From NCBI RefSeq assembly GCF_964194155.1, contig NC_135887.1:21204001-21268000 (forward strand): DNA of 64,000 bases. The letters are read 5' to 3'. Position numbers and translations under genes: made by a program. Below, in pieces: positions 12,270 through 24,846 of this stretch (the stretch's first letter is position 1; each line of letters begins with the position of its first letter). The notes beneath the pieces were generated by a model that did not search any database, was not told the DNA's origin, and saw only the letters and a program-made list of their open reading frames with translations. The DNA comes from Cetorhinus maximus. Its lineage: Eukaryota.

Positions 12270-14480
12270 ATGAACATAGAAATACCTTGAAGTTGCAACA
12301 TGGAAACAGACCATTCAATTTGTATCAGAGTTTCACTTGAGCAAAGTATTTCCCATTTGTTCTCCTATCCCTTCCACTCCTTTTCATCATCTAGCTATCT
12401 GATTTAATCTTGAATGTTGACATAGTTTCTGTCTGAATCATATGAATTCCCCATTCTTAACTCTGTAAAGAGATTTCTTCTACACTCTGTGGCAAATTTT
12501 TTGCATTGAATCTGTATCTATGACCCCTTGTTCTTGACCTGTCAACTACTGTATAGGGAACAATCTGCTATCCATTGTTCCAAACTTTCATAATGTTAAC
12601 TGCTTTTATCATATCTCTGTAATCTGCATTTTCTTCCTTTGTATTTGTATTTCCTTATACAAGATGCCACTCTAGTCCTCTGCCTTTTCCATGACCTCCA
12701 GTGTGATGCCAGCAACAAACACACCTTCCTTTAATCTCCCATTCCACCATTCTGATATCTTGGTCCACTTCTCAGTCATCTCCAATGCCCCCTCCCTCTT
12801 TCCTATGGCACTTTTCCATGCAAATGCGGCAGATGCAACACCAGTCCTTTCACCTCATCCTTTCTCACTGTCTAGCACCTCAAACAGTCCTTCCAGGTGA
12901 AACAGCAATTTGCCTATATTTCTTTCAATTTAGTGTACCGTATTCACTGTTCACAATATGGTCTCCTGCATTTGGGAGACCAAACGCAAACTGGGTGACT
13001 GCTTTGTTTTTCCATTCAGTCCGCAAGCCTGATCCTGAGTTTCCAGTTACCTGTCATTTTAATTCTTCACCTTTATCCCACTCTGACCTCTCTGCCTTTG
13101 GCCTCCTACAATGTTCAAATAAAGCTCATGGTGAGGAACATTACCTCATCTTTCAAGTGGGTATTCTGCAGCATTCTGGACTCGACATTGAGTTCAGTAA
13201 TTTTAGATTGTAACCGCTGCTCTCATTTTGTTTCATTTATCTTTGCTGGTTAGGTTTTCTTCTCTCTTATTTCTCGCATTTCTTTTCCTTTGTTTTCGAA
13301 CAGCAGCTATTCAGGATCTTGTCGTTCACACATCCTGGACACAGCTTTTGTTTGCTCACTTGACCCATTACCACTTCCGTTGGCCTTGAACCATGTAAAC
13401 TTTTGCCATTTGATTTCTCCTGCCATCCACCCTATTACAGTCCTTCCCTTTTGTTTCTTTTCCCAACCTCCCCTTTTCATTTGTTCAAAATCTTTTACAC
13501 TTCTAACTTTTTCAAGCTCTGATGAAAGGTCATTGATCTGAACTGTTAACTCTGCTTCTGTCTCCACAGATGTTCCCAGACCTGCTAAGTATTTCCAGCA
13601 ATTTTTGATTTAATTTCAAATATCCAGCCCCAGCAGTGTTTTGCTTTTGTATCACTCTAGTGAATCTGTACTGTACCAACTCTGAATCCTCAGTATCATA
13701 CTGAACATAATACTCTAGGTCTTAAAGTTTGAAATTCATAATTACCTCTTACCTTTTTCATTCTGTTCTTCTTATGATAGAACTGAAGTTTCCAATAACT
13801 TTTTTATAACCTTATCAGCCTGAGCAGCTATCTTTAGTCGCTCTGTTCTTCCACAATACCGAGTCTACTTCCATTTTTTTCATTAAAAACTGTTGCAAAT
13901 TACTTATTGGGCGCATCCGCCACTCTTTGATCATTATCTACAAGTTGAAATCCTTTCTTTTCAGACGTCTCACCTCACTTTTAATTGTATATTGATTCAT
14001 ACACTTGTAAAATAGTTTACTATTCCTTTTATTTTTATTGTAAATTCCATACTCTTGGAATTCTTTGCCTTCCCCTTAACCACTTTTTATTTTCTCTCAT
14101 TCACCTTTAATTTTTTCATTATTCTTCTTATTGTACTCATAAGCCCTCTTTTTCAATTTTGGGTTGGTTTCCAACCTCATGATTTAACCAGGCACCTTAA
14201 AACTCATTGTAGCTTCCATTTTTAACACAGTATTGTTATTCTGCTGATTATTGTGCCAATTTCTCCTTCCACCTCACCCCAGCTAGCTCACTCCTCAATT
14301 TTTTGTAATGTTCCTAATCCAATCTGATGTTCTAGTTTTTCTTCTGATGTTTTTTCTCTCTGTTTTAGTTGAGACCATTTGCTTCTAACTTTGTTTATGA
14401 AACTTTTTCATAGCTCAAGTTCAAGCATCTACTCCTGATCAGAATCTTGATTGCAATACAGTTTTTTGAAGACGTTTGTG
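12270..14480 (-). mobile_element. Highly decayed CR1 LINE, interrupted by a Penelope-like element
   Basis: CR1 3' UTR-like text at 12270-12660; continues after 13653 (ctctagtgaatctgtactgtacc, tcagcctgagcagc). Confidence 0.55.
12677..13652 (+). mobile_element. Penelope-like element (family N) 3' fragment
   Basis: HSVRKPDPEFPVTCHFNSS..GLLQCSN..EEHYLIFQVGILQHSGLDIEFSNF; 9-bp duplication CACTCTAGT at 12668 and 13653; hammerhead-like motif at 13519. Confidence 0.88.
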
Positions 14481-15024
14481 CGAGCTTGCATAGTTATTGT
14501 TCTTTTCAAAGCTGGGAAAAAGAAAAATATATTTGATTTTTATAAATTCTTATTAAATTTGCAAGTTATCATTTGACTTGCCTGTTGAACTCAGGAACAC
14601 CGCTCCTCTCTTACCAACTCTGATCTTCCACTGGTATTCCCCCAGTCCCTATCCTTTCGGCTCCTAATCTGCCGCTCTCTCTCTCCACAGCGTACTAGTA
14701 TGTTTAATGGGCTATCTAACTTTTCATTTCTTTTAACTTAAAAGCCAATTTGCTGAAATAAAATAATTTGTTTTAGTTCCAACGATTAAAATTATTTCCA
14801 AGCTTTCTGTTCTTGATTTTGTAGGTGTACTGTGGTGACAGTGCATGAAGCAGTCAGGACACATTAAAATCAAATTTCCCATTCTCTGGGGAGCCACAGT
14901 GACTTATTGGATATTTTTCCAGAGTGAAGTTTTGATTTTAATGTGTGCTGACTGTTCCATATCACCACTAAACACCAATATAATAGGGGAAGGGACGACT
15001 CACGTTAAGTTATTTTAATTAATA

Positions 15025-15428
15025 AAAAAAAATTGCATTTATATCGCGCTTTTCACAACCACCGGATGTCTCAAAGCTCTTTACAGCCAATGAAGCATTT
15101 TTATAGCCACTGTTGTAGAGAGGAAACGCTGCAGCCAGTTTGCACACAACAAATGCCCACAAACAGCAATGCAATAATGACCAGATAATATGTTTTTGTG
15201 ATGTTGATTGAGGGCTAAACATTGGCCAGGATACTAGGGATTGCTCTCATGCTGTTCTTGAAATTGTGCCATGGGATCTTTTGTGCCTCATCCAAAAGAC
15301 AGCACCCCCAACAGTGCAGTGGTACGCTGGAGTGTCAGCATTGATTTTTATGCCCAATTCCTGAAGTGGGACTTGAAACCAGAACCTTGTGACAGGCAAG
15401 AGTGCTGCAAACTGAGCCATGTCTGACA
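15025..15428 (-). mobile_element. SacSINE1/DeuSINE-like SINE
   Basis: Reverse complement has TGGCTCAGTT, GGTTTCAAGTCCCAC, aaagatcccatggcac and L2-like tail gcgcgatataaatgcaa. Confidence 0.85.
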
Positions 15429-16177
15429 CAAATTAAATCTTCAGAATAGAAATCATCCTTTCAGAAAAGCGCCCTGTAAGTGAAGACAATAATGCAAATT
15501 TCGAATTTTAAGTAAATATACATTAGATGGGGTGAAATGGCATGCTAGAAGCTGGAATTGTGGTGTCAGCCTCAGATATTAACATAAAGTTTAGGTCAAG
15601 GGGCGGTTTCCTTGTAGCTTCTTGATATCATTATTAACATGATTAATATTAACATGTTTGAGAGAGGTGTAAGCCCTGTGATATTGTTGTAATTTTGTCC
15701 TATCTGCAGATCATAGAAGTATTAGGGTGAAAAGTAGTGGGAGGTTGTCTTATCTATGAGTTGCCTGAAATAGGAATGTAAATTGTGAAATTTTGGTATG
15801 AACATTGGACTGAGCAGTATGGTAACGAAGAGTTACAGTAGAACATGTAACTGTTCATCTGATCATTTGGGCAAATGAAACAAGGCAGAGATAAATTTAA
15901 AAAAATGGAATGATTTCACACATTCTATAATATTTGCATATTTACAAACTAGTGATTTACTTTGTTTTTTCACTGGCTTGTGAGTGGGATTTTTCATTCG
16001 CTGCCTCAAATTATAGGAAGGATTTGAGAGTGAACAGATCTTCATCACAGGAATATGTGCTTAAAGTCCAGCCATGTTTATTCTTATAAAGACATTAACT
16101 GGAGCTACTCGTGTAAATAACACCAATTCATGTTTAAAAGAAGGCACTTGAAATAAAGGTGCAGTACAGCATACTAT

Positions 16178-16390
16178 GGGGGCTGGTTAGCTCAGTTAGC
16201 TAGTTAGCTAGATGGCTAGCATGTGGTTCAGAATAATGACAACAGCGTGTGTTTGATTGCTGTTCTGGCAGAGGTAGACTTGGCACCTGCCTCCTTGTAT
16301 TGCCCCTGAGAGTAGGAAGCAATGGCAAGCCACCACTGACAAAAACTGCCAAGAAAAACAGTTCAGGATGAAGCATCAGCAGACAATAAG
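16178..16390 (+). mobile_element. tRNA-headed SINE with RTE-like segment
   Basis: gggggctggttagctcagtt A box; aggaagcaatggcaagccaccactgac..tgccaagaaaa resembles the RTE/Bov-A motif. Confidence 0.55.
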
Positions 16391-18339
16391 CCAAGTTCCT
16401 GGCTTGGTCAGAGCACACTGCAAATTTGCAGGATCCATTTTCACCTGATACTATTGTAGATGATGGTGTGTTCACTAATTGGTGCTAACTTGTAAATTTT
16501 AGACCTTTTACTGGCCTTTATTTAAACTATGCAAGATTTAGCCTGCACTTTTCCTCTGTAAAGAAGAAGTTTATAACATATGACTGCAGATGGAAAATAA
16601 TAGGCTCAGACTTGACAGTGCAACATTTATCGTCTATCAGAATGAGTTTGAACACTTTTAACTGTAAACAACTACCACTAACATTATTCAAGAGTGTGAG
16701 GGTTGATGAGAAAGATGGTTGGCTGAATAGACTGTACTTTATTTTTAGGCTATGTACAGATAAAGTTAGGAATGCTACGCATTATTTTAAAATGTTTGAA
16801 AATACAGTTAAATAGAGATCACCTCCTCAAAGAACATGTCTAATTTTTCAAGTTGTGATATTCAAGTTCCATATTGATGAACCTGCCAATATATGCGTAT
16901 TCATGAAGGGTGTTTCTTTTGGCCCTTTGGATACCATAATTCATTTTGCTGTGGAAACAATATCATGCTAATTACATAATATAATCTTTCTAAATTGTAG
17001 AATGTAGAGTAATACTGTCCCCCTGGTACTGAGTTTGTCTATGCATAATACCAGGATTTGCTATTCAGGTTAGGATCTAGATGAATTCATAATAGGTGCA
17101 ACTAACACACGATGTTGGGTGGCACTTTAGAATTGCTGTATTTATGAAAGAAATATGCTCTTAATGGAATGCTGATCTGGTGGCACTTAATTACTTGCAA
17201 AATAAAGTTGAATTGTGATGCTAATGTGAATCTTTATATGCCCTTAGTAGAAAGTGATGGTAGCAGATTATATACTTCCACCAAGCTTTGAGTGGGGGAA
17301 TAACTTACATTTGAATCTTCAATAAACTGTAAAATATCACTTTTGTAATTGATCTGTGGTAACAGTATAGCTAATTTTTTCCTTGATATTCTTCTGGCAG
17401 TATAGGCTAACTTTACCATCCCTTGATTCTAACATCATTATGCACTGGATGTTAAATATTTGAGCTGTAAGCACTGCTCTAAAAGAACATAGAAATAGTA
17501 ATTGCATTGTCGAGTGTGAATTCTGTACCTTTTCCCCCACACCTCCAAGCCTAATTATCTATTATATATTTGTTGTAATTGCCTAGTGGGCTTGGAACCT
17601 ACCCTTAGCATAGAAGATTCAGGGGAGAGAGATGTAGGATTACTTCAGAGGAATTTCATGGAAGCAATTTAGCAGGCAGTGACCAAACCAGCCACTTGAT
17701 TGAGTTGTGGAGGTGGCAAGTTAATTATATCGGCCCATGTCCATAGTTTAAAACTTGAAGTGTTAGTGGAACATTGGACTGTAGGGAAATTTTTCTTGTA
17801 ATTGAACTACTTGCTGTGTGATTCTGGAAATTTTTCATGATGTTAACTTAAAAAATCAAATGGATCGTCATTATTCTTGCATGTCAATTTGCTTCCAAAT
17901 TTCACAGCATCGAAATGATCAATGCTATTATCTGATTCAGATTCAGGTTTACATAATGATTCATAACAGGATTCAAAGTAGTTGATGTGCACTATGGTCA
18001 CAATGGAAAATATTTCACAGCTGGAAAAGAAAAGAACATGCAATTAAACTGCTACTGCAGGGAATTGAGAGAATATATTGAGATCAAAGAGTTAATGAAC
18101 ACTTTTGGGGGTATCTAACATTGCTAAATAGAGTAAGAAAGAGCGTCTGAAATTTCCCTGTCTACAAACAACTGCAAAAATAATTAGGGTCATTGGACAA
18201 AAAGGGAAATGGTAAGTGAAAGCTGCTATTGACTTTCATTTTCTAGATTATCCTGGCTTGTCTGGAAAGTTATGGTTCATCAAGTTTTGGTGCTCAAGCC
18301 ACAGCCTTAAGAGTGTAAAACAACTGCCGTACCATTATG

Positions 18340-18573
18340 AAGGCAAAATACTGTGGATGCTGGAAATTTGAAACAAAAACAAGAAACGCTGGAAAAACTC
18401 AGCAGGTCTGACAGCATCGGTAGAGAGAAAGACCGTTAATGTTTCGAGTCCGTATGACCTGTATGTCCATATGCTCTGAAGAAGAATCATACGGACTTGA
18501 AACATTAGCTCTGTCTTTCTCTCCATAGGTGCTGTCAGACCTGCTGAGTTTTTCCAGCATTTTTTGTTTTTGT
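18340..18573. mobile_element. Foldback mini-element made of two inverted Penelope family N termini
   Basis: gctggaaaaactcagcaggtctgacagca...tgctgtcagacctgctgagtttttccagc; imperfect 15-bp flanking duplication tgccgtaccattatg/tgccttacctattatg. Confidence 0.85.
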
Positions 18574-19888
18574 TGCCTTACCTATTATGCTGCCTCATCA
18601 GCAAGGTTCCTTTAGTATTTTATTTTTGTTAAATTTTTGTACAAATTCCTAAAATTCTTTGTATCTGCATCAATCTTATATATTGTTACAAATGGCAAGT
18701 TGAAACCAAGTGTGATATTCCGGTCAAGCAATGTTAAGAGGATGGAGGAATATTTGGATCCAAGCAGAGAAGTGGATAGGAGAAGGAGAATGGGGATAGA
18801 TGGGCAAAAGAAGGTGGCAGGAACATGTATGGAGGTGGAAGAAGGGAGAGAGGATGAAGAAGGTACTGTGGCTTTTTGGGAGTCAGAATGGTTTATAATC
18901 TGGTGAACTGAGGTGTAAGGTAGTGAGCATTAAGGGAAACCAGTGATTCATTGGTACAGGGATTGGATGCATAGGTGTGATAAGTCATTGAGATGGATGG
19001 ATAGTTATTAGTGGAAAGCAGGTGTGGACAATGAGATTCCTGTCATGGATATTTGGGGTAAGGGCATTTGAATAGTTGAGGGGGGGGAATAGTTTTGATA
19101 TGGGCAATGGACAGTGAGTATGTAGGGTACTGATGGGATAGTGGATATTAGTGTGTGGAAATCAGTGGAAATAGGAAGTAGAAGGTGATAAATCAAAGTT
19201 TCAGTTTGAAATAAATATAAATGGGCAAAAGTAGATTTGGGAGTATGAATGGATATGTAAATTGGAAAAGAGCGGGACCAAATTGGAAGCCAGCAGCCAC
19301 AGAAGAAAGGAGAGAAAGCAATGTAAAAGTGGACCATGATTTCCTGATCCTATTTATTTAATTAGCAGAAACCCAATTTGTTCAGGTCCCCATTATTAAA
19401 TAAAGTTGTGGGACCCTGCTTCTCTCCAAAACTGGGTTCCATTTATTCAAGGCACATTTTTTGAATTCATGAACTTTCAGTTGGCCCGGTTTTTTGAGGT
19501 CAAATTTATTTAGCTACTCATTGGCTAGCCTGCCATCCCAGTAACCGCATTACATTTCTTCAGACTACGCACACACATACAAACGTATGCATATTATATG
19601 TGTATAAATACACACAAATAATTGTTTAACAAATTCCTAAATGGCCAGCTCCCTCAATGGGATTAAGTATTTAATCTCTGACTGATGAGTTCCCTTAAAC
19701 TTGACTCGATATTTTGAGGCTGTATTGATTGAACGATGCACCTAGTGTTGATGATGATGATGTCAATAATGGTTTCTGTTATTGATGACACATTGAGATT
19801 GGTGGCTTCTGCCACCAACACTTATCCTAATCCTAAATTGGCAGTGGCAATAATATGGTACAGGGTTTGCTGTGGTGTTAATAATCAA

Positions 19889-20480
19889 TGGCCCAGAACT
19901 TCTGATCTCCGATGGTCCTACCCCAGACGATGTGTTACAGAACCCCTCAGAAGTCCTGATGCACTGACTACACGGGAGTTGCCTAGGAAGATCGGACATC
20001 CATTGGGCAGTCCCCTGCATCCGGTACCCTCTGAAAAAGTCCTCAACTCTGAGTTAGAGTCCGATGGTTCTGACTTACTTTTCTGGATAGTTATCCAGGA
20101 AACGTTAGACAGGAAAGAAACAGTTCTAACTCCTGGGTAATAATCACTCACAATGACCCCTCCCGACCCAACCTGACTACTTCCCCGGCCCTCTGACTTC
20201 ACCCCCAACTCTCCAAAATCCTTGACCGTCCGACTCCCCACCCACCCCACATCCTGACCTGACCCGACCTTGCCACCCTACCCACCCACCATCCTACCCA
20301 TCTGACCTGCCACCCTACCCACCTACCTCATATTAATTCACTAACACAGTGAAAAGCTATTTAAATGTCCCAAAGCTTTTCACTGTGTTAGTGAATGAAG
20401 ATTTACCAAAATATGGCAGCTAGTGCTGTTAAACTGGTGTGGGGCTTGGCTTCCCCTGGAGGATCCTGCACTATGAAGCA
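19889..20480. mobile_element. Probable non-autonomous DNA element fragment with C-rich (ACCCG/ACCT) internal repeats
   Basis: Starts tggcccagaactt, similar to family H termini; low-complexity ccgacc/cacccaccc tract at 20155-20330. Confidence 0.35.
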
Positions 20481-20494
20481 GTACTCCCAGAATT

Positions 20495-20735
20495 CTAATT
20501 TAAACAAAAGCTTGGCAGTTAACTGTTCCCTGTTGCATTCTCCATAGCAACACCTCTACCAATCCGAGCCCACTTGCTGACCAATCAACACTCTCTTCTC
20601 ATGCAGTATAAATTGTTGCTCCCTTTACAGTTGGTATTCTTGAGCATCTGTCCTAATGAGTGCACAACAAAAGGCTTAGGCAACATGTCTCTTTTTTTCA
20701 GCAATACCCAAGTTCTAGCACTCCTAAACGACTAT
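20495..20735 (+). mobile_element. Penelope-like element (family P) 3' terminal fragment
   Basis: Homologous to 53415-53640 (ccaatca.cact...cagtataaattgt...tgtcctaatgagtgcacaacaaaaggctt). Confidence 0.75.
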
Positions 20736-23174
20736 AATACTATTATAATAATAATTATTATTATTACAGATTACACAAATGTGGGACCACGTGTAATCTC
20801 TCAGTCTTTCCAACTCCGCCTGTTTTGTAGGATCTCACACTTCCCATCCAATACTTTTGGCTCTTGAGTCTCATTAACCAGCAGCTGTATTCCATCCAAA
20901 GCCCCTAGACATGTTTACTACCGACAAGGTGCACGTTTATGAGCCCTCTCCCACTGGGGTCACGACAGTCCTGATGGAACAGAATTCTTAGAGACTCCCT
21001 TCTTTGACCACTCTGATGGGCTGTAACACCACTTCAACAGCAGCCATGAGTATTGTCCAATCCACAATCCCTTGCTCTTCCTGTCTCCCTTTCCTCAGTG
21101 TTCTGTCATTTTCAATTGTATAACACACGCAGTAACACAGTCTCTGCTCTATTCTCAAATACCTGCTTCAATACCAGGATCTGTTCGCGGACCACCAAAC
21201 AGAAAACTGTTCCATTCGGAGAGAGCCTTGCTTGTTTTCTCCTTGCCCAAATTCCCAGTATTCAGAACTTTAAAACCAAAAAACAGGCTAACCCTATCCC
21301 ATAATAATTAGCTTTCTATTTACCCCTTGCTTCTTAGCTGTTCATTCCTCCTGGCAGCCCCAGGTCACATGCATTTCTTGGAACTAATGAAGTCATAATC
21401 AGGAAACTAATGAACCCTCTTTCAAAATACTTCGTCGTCCACTTTGTTCTTAAAGGAACATTGCGCAAAAGAAAATACAGGCTTTTCTACCACTTGGTTC
21501 ATTACGTGCTGCCTGTAAAACTGAAAAACAGTTTAAAATTCCAAGTACAAAGAGTTTTATCCAGGGATATGACTCCAGCATTGTGTTGCCAGTTTTGCAA
21601 TTCTGCAAAGCAGAAATCATTTCATAGAAACAGAAGTGGCACCATGATTGTAGTCCAAATATCTCAACTTCTACCTTTGTGTCTTTTCCCCATTATTTGA
21701 TTCTGCTCTATTATAGCTAGTTTTATTTTCATTTCAGTATCCCTTCATTTATCTTTCATTCTTGACTTTGCTATCTTTCTAGCATGTACAGCAGGATTTA
21801 AATTCAAAGTTTAAAATAGCAGTGGTGTTTTTATGTGAGAGCATGTATTTTTTAAGAGCATATTTTATTTATGGTCAGTCCATGGTGATAAAATGTTGGG
21901 ATTTTCTGTTAAGATTATTTTGTTAAGTTGGGTACTTTGTACATTCCCCTCACTTTTGTTCCAATTTCTCGATATATCTTCAACATAAATAAAAGATGAT
22001 TTTTTTTTTAAATGACTTTTAATTCAAGTCAAAGAATTTGTCAGAGTTGGCACAAATATTTAATTTATTTTGTTTTCCTTGGGTATAGTAATTAGTATTT
22101 GTGGCATCTTAATAAAGATTTTAATAATGGTAAAAGCTGCACTGAGTCTTGCCATGCTGACAGTAACACAGCTGGGTATCTATACTTAGCATACCTCAGG
22201 AAAAATAATAAATGCGACCACAGTTAATTGTTGTCAGGCACAGTCTGTGTTAAGTCCTTTAGGGGTTGCTCATATTGATATTTTAAGTTTTTGAGTTTTC
22301 ATTAATTGATAATGCTGTGGAACTTGCTTGTCGTGAATTCTGCAATGCTGAAACTGTAGAGTACAAGCAATTTCCATATTGGTAAATAGATGATACTTTA
22401 GAGAATTGTTGTTGCTTATGGCGAGCAGGTGAGCACTAAACTTCCTTGCTAATTGGTGGAATGAACATTATCAAATGAATGTAAACTGATACCTTCAATA
22501 ATATAGTGAGCTTTACATCTGGATTGATAGCTACATAAGTGAGCAAAGCATCCGTTAGGATGCCAAAAGCTACTTTTCTTGATATCTCATGATAATCAGT
22601 TTTCATGTTAACATAATTGTATGTTTTACATAGCTAAGTAACCAGGTATCAAAAACATAAACTGTTTTCAATATTTTGAAAATACTCTGCACATCTACCT
22701 GTAATATATTGAATATGCATGCTGTTTGCTGGCTCTGTTATAAATTCTCATGCCCACATACATAATAGAAGCTGCCTGTGTAAACTTATCCCCATAATTA
22801 CATCCAATAATTGGTAAAGATTTTGCACTTTCACTGCTGACAAGACTGGATAATTACACCATGACAACCTCACATAGGTAGTTTCTAATGTAAATGTGGA
22901 CGCAGAAATTCATGAATGAAATAATAAAGACTGAATGTACAACATTAAAAACCAAATAATGTTTGCATACCCTGGTCTAATTATTCCCTTGTCGTTTATT
23001 CCCATTTCACCTGAAGATTATACTGGTCTTAATTCCCCAAGTACAATGCCATGGGATGTCAACTACTTTATGAATTTAATTAATTAATGCTTTGGAAATT
23101 AATTTCACATAGATTTTAAATTTTGAAAGTATTTTTTGCCCTGCCTCATTAAATTGCTCTGGACACTTATCAGT

Positions 23175-23520
23175 TGGTGGAATTTAAATTCACTTAATAA
23201 ATCTGAAACTATAAAAAGTTAGCCTCAGTAATGGTGACCATGGCAATTATCATCAATTGTTGTAAAAACCCATCTGGTTCATTAATGCCCTTTTGGGAAG
23301 GAAATCTGCCATCCTTTGGTGGTCTAACTTACATGTGACTTCAGACACACAGTGATGTGGTTGACTCTTAACTGCTTTCTGAAATAGAATAGAATCATAG
23401 AATAGTTGCAGCAAAGCAGAAGGCCTTACAAGTCACTCAGTTCAAGGGTAACTAGGAATGGGCAACAAATGTTAGTCTCGCCAGTGATGCACACATCCCA
23501 TGAAAAAATAAAGAAAAAAA
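23175..23520 (+). mobile_element. SINE sharing the 3' tail of CR1 family B
   Basis: gtaaaaacccatctggttc...ggaaggaaatctgcc body and tail ggcaacaaatgttagtctcgccagtgatgcacacatcccatgaaaaa, matching 43795-43850. Confidence 0.75.
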
Positions 23521-24274
23521 TGGCTTGGTAAGGTAGCTGATTCCCTGTCTTCCATGTAGAAGCTGATTAGGTTGACTCACTCTCCAAAGGCTGCAGTCCC
23601 CTTTTCTGGGAAATATGCCTTGCATCTTCTCTCATTATCCAGATCACCAATATCAGATGATGCACCTTGATGTATGAAGGACAAAGCAGGAGGATGTGCA
23701 TCTGCTATTCGAACAAATATGTTTGTACTGCGGAAGTAGCACTCACCATGTGGAGTTTATATCATGATTGTTCCCTTCCGCCTAAAATCTATGGGAATTT
23801 AAAACCCACGTGTGCCATACCCTTTAAATTTACCTCCTCTGCGTTTCAATTCTTTCAATTTTGTTGGTTTGTTGCAGAATGGGCCTTGGTGCTTCATTTG
23901 GACTTTTTAGTAGTATAAACATACTGCTGGTTTCCACTACTTGTTTATTGCTATTGTACATTTGACATTACTTTTGAGACAAAATTTCTGATGAGTGGAA
24001 ATTTGCCTAGCTAATGCACAGGTACATTTTCAGTTGATTTGTAAACATCCTCAGGCTGTACTGGATTCCAGATAATAAAATGTTATGACATAAACTCTGG
24101 CACCAAAACAACATTGTTGTCTTGTTAAATACTCTTCAGAAACATGTGAGCAATGGTTGTCAACATTGCTGCTGATTTAATTTAGCTGTTGGTATCTGCA
24201 TGACTTAATCACTGTAAAATTAAATTTACTGTAACTTTCTATATCCAAAAAATATTTCTTACCCCTATTTGCAG

Positions 24275-24434
24275 ATGCTGGACAAGCTGCAAAGTCGCTG
24301 GATGCTCACAGGATTGTGGGATAAACTGGAGGAGGTCAAAGCCGTTGTTGTTGAGGCGAAAGGAGGTGATAAAAGTGACTTTGATGGATTGCTGCAGTCC
24401 TACTATAATGTTATAAAGGACAGAGGAAGCAAAG
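24275..24434 (+). CDS. BRIP1: Internal coding exon of FANCJ/BRIP1 helicase (equivalent to human exon 15)
   Basis: Translates MLDKLQSRWMLTGLWDKLEEVKAVVVEAKGGDKSDFDGLLQSYYNVIKDRGSK, matching FANCJ [53 protein letters not shown]. Acceptor tatttgcag, donor G|gtacat, 160 nt, phase 0 to 1. Confidence 0.95.
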
Positions 24435-24846
24435 GTACATCAGAGAGGAAATGTCAGTAATTTTAAATCTGCAAAAATGTTTGCCTTTTTACAATTTGGG
24501 CCAAACTACAATTAGTCTGCGTGGATTTAAAGCTCAAAGTCCCAAATCCATAAGCAGAAGTGAGGCATTATAAGGCCATGTCAACATGAATTTTGATACA
24601 GCACACTTAGAAACGTATGAGCAATTTTTGTTTTTTGATTGTGTTAATTTACCAACAAAAAATATGTAAATTATTTTTAAAATTATGTTTCAACACTGAA
24701 GTTAATATGGGGGAAAAATCATGTGTATATTATTTTGACAATAGAATTTAATCAAGAAATGTTATCCATTGAATCAAGTATGGGTGTGATGAGCTCTGCA
24801 CTTAAATGATAGGTTCATTTTTAGGTAGAACCATAGCTAATTCTGG

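Noticed and set aside
14815-14900. Possible BRIP1 upstream exon after ttttgtag
   Set aside because: Phase-0 reading VYCGDSA hits a stop; no FANCJ similarity.
18700-19340. Purine-rich tract with 89-aa and 109-aa ORFs
   Set aside because: Compositionally biased, probably a very old LINE remnant; no motif I can confirm.
19736-20250. 134-aa and 110-aa overlapping ORFs
   Set aside because: No recognisable domain; they overlap a probable repeat.
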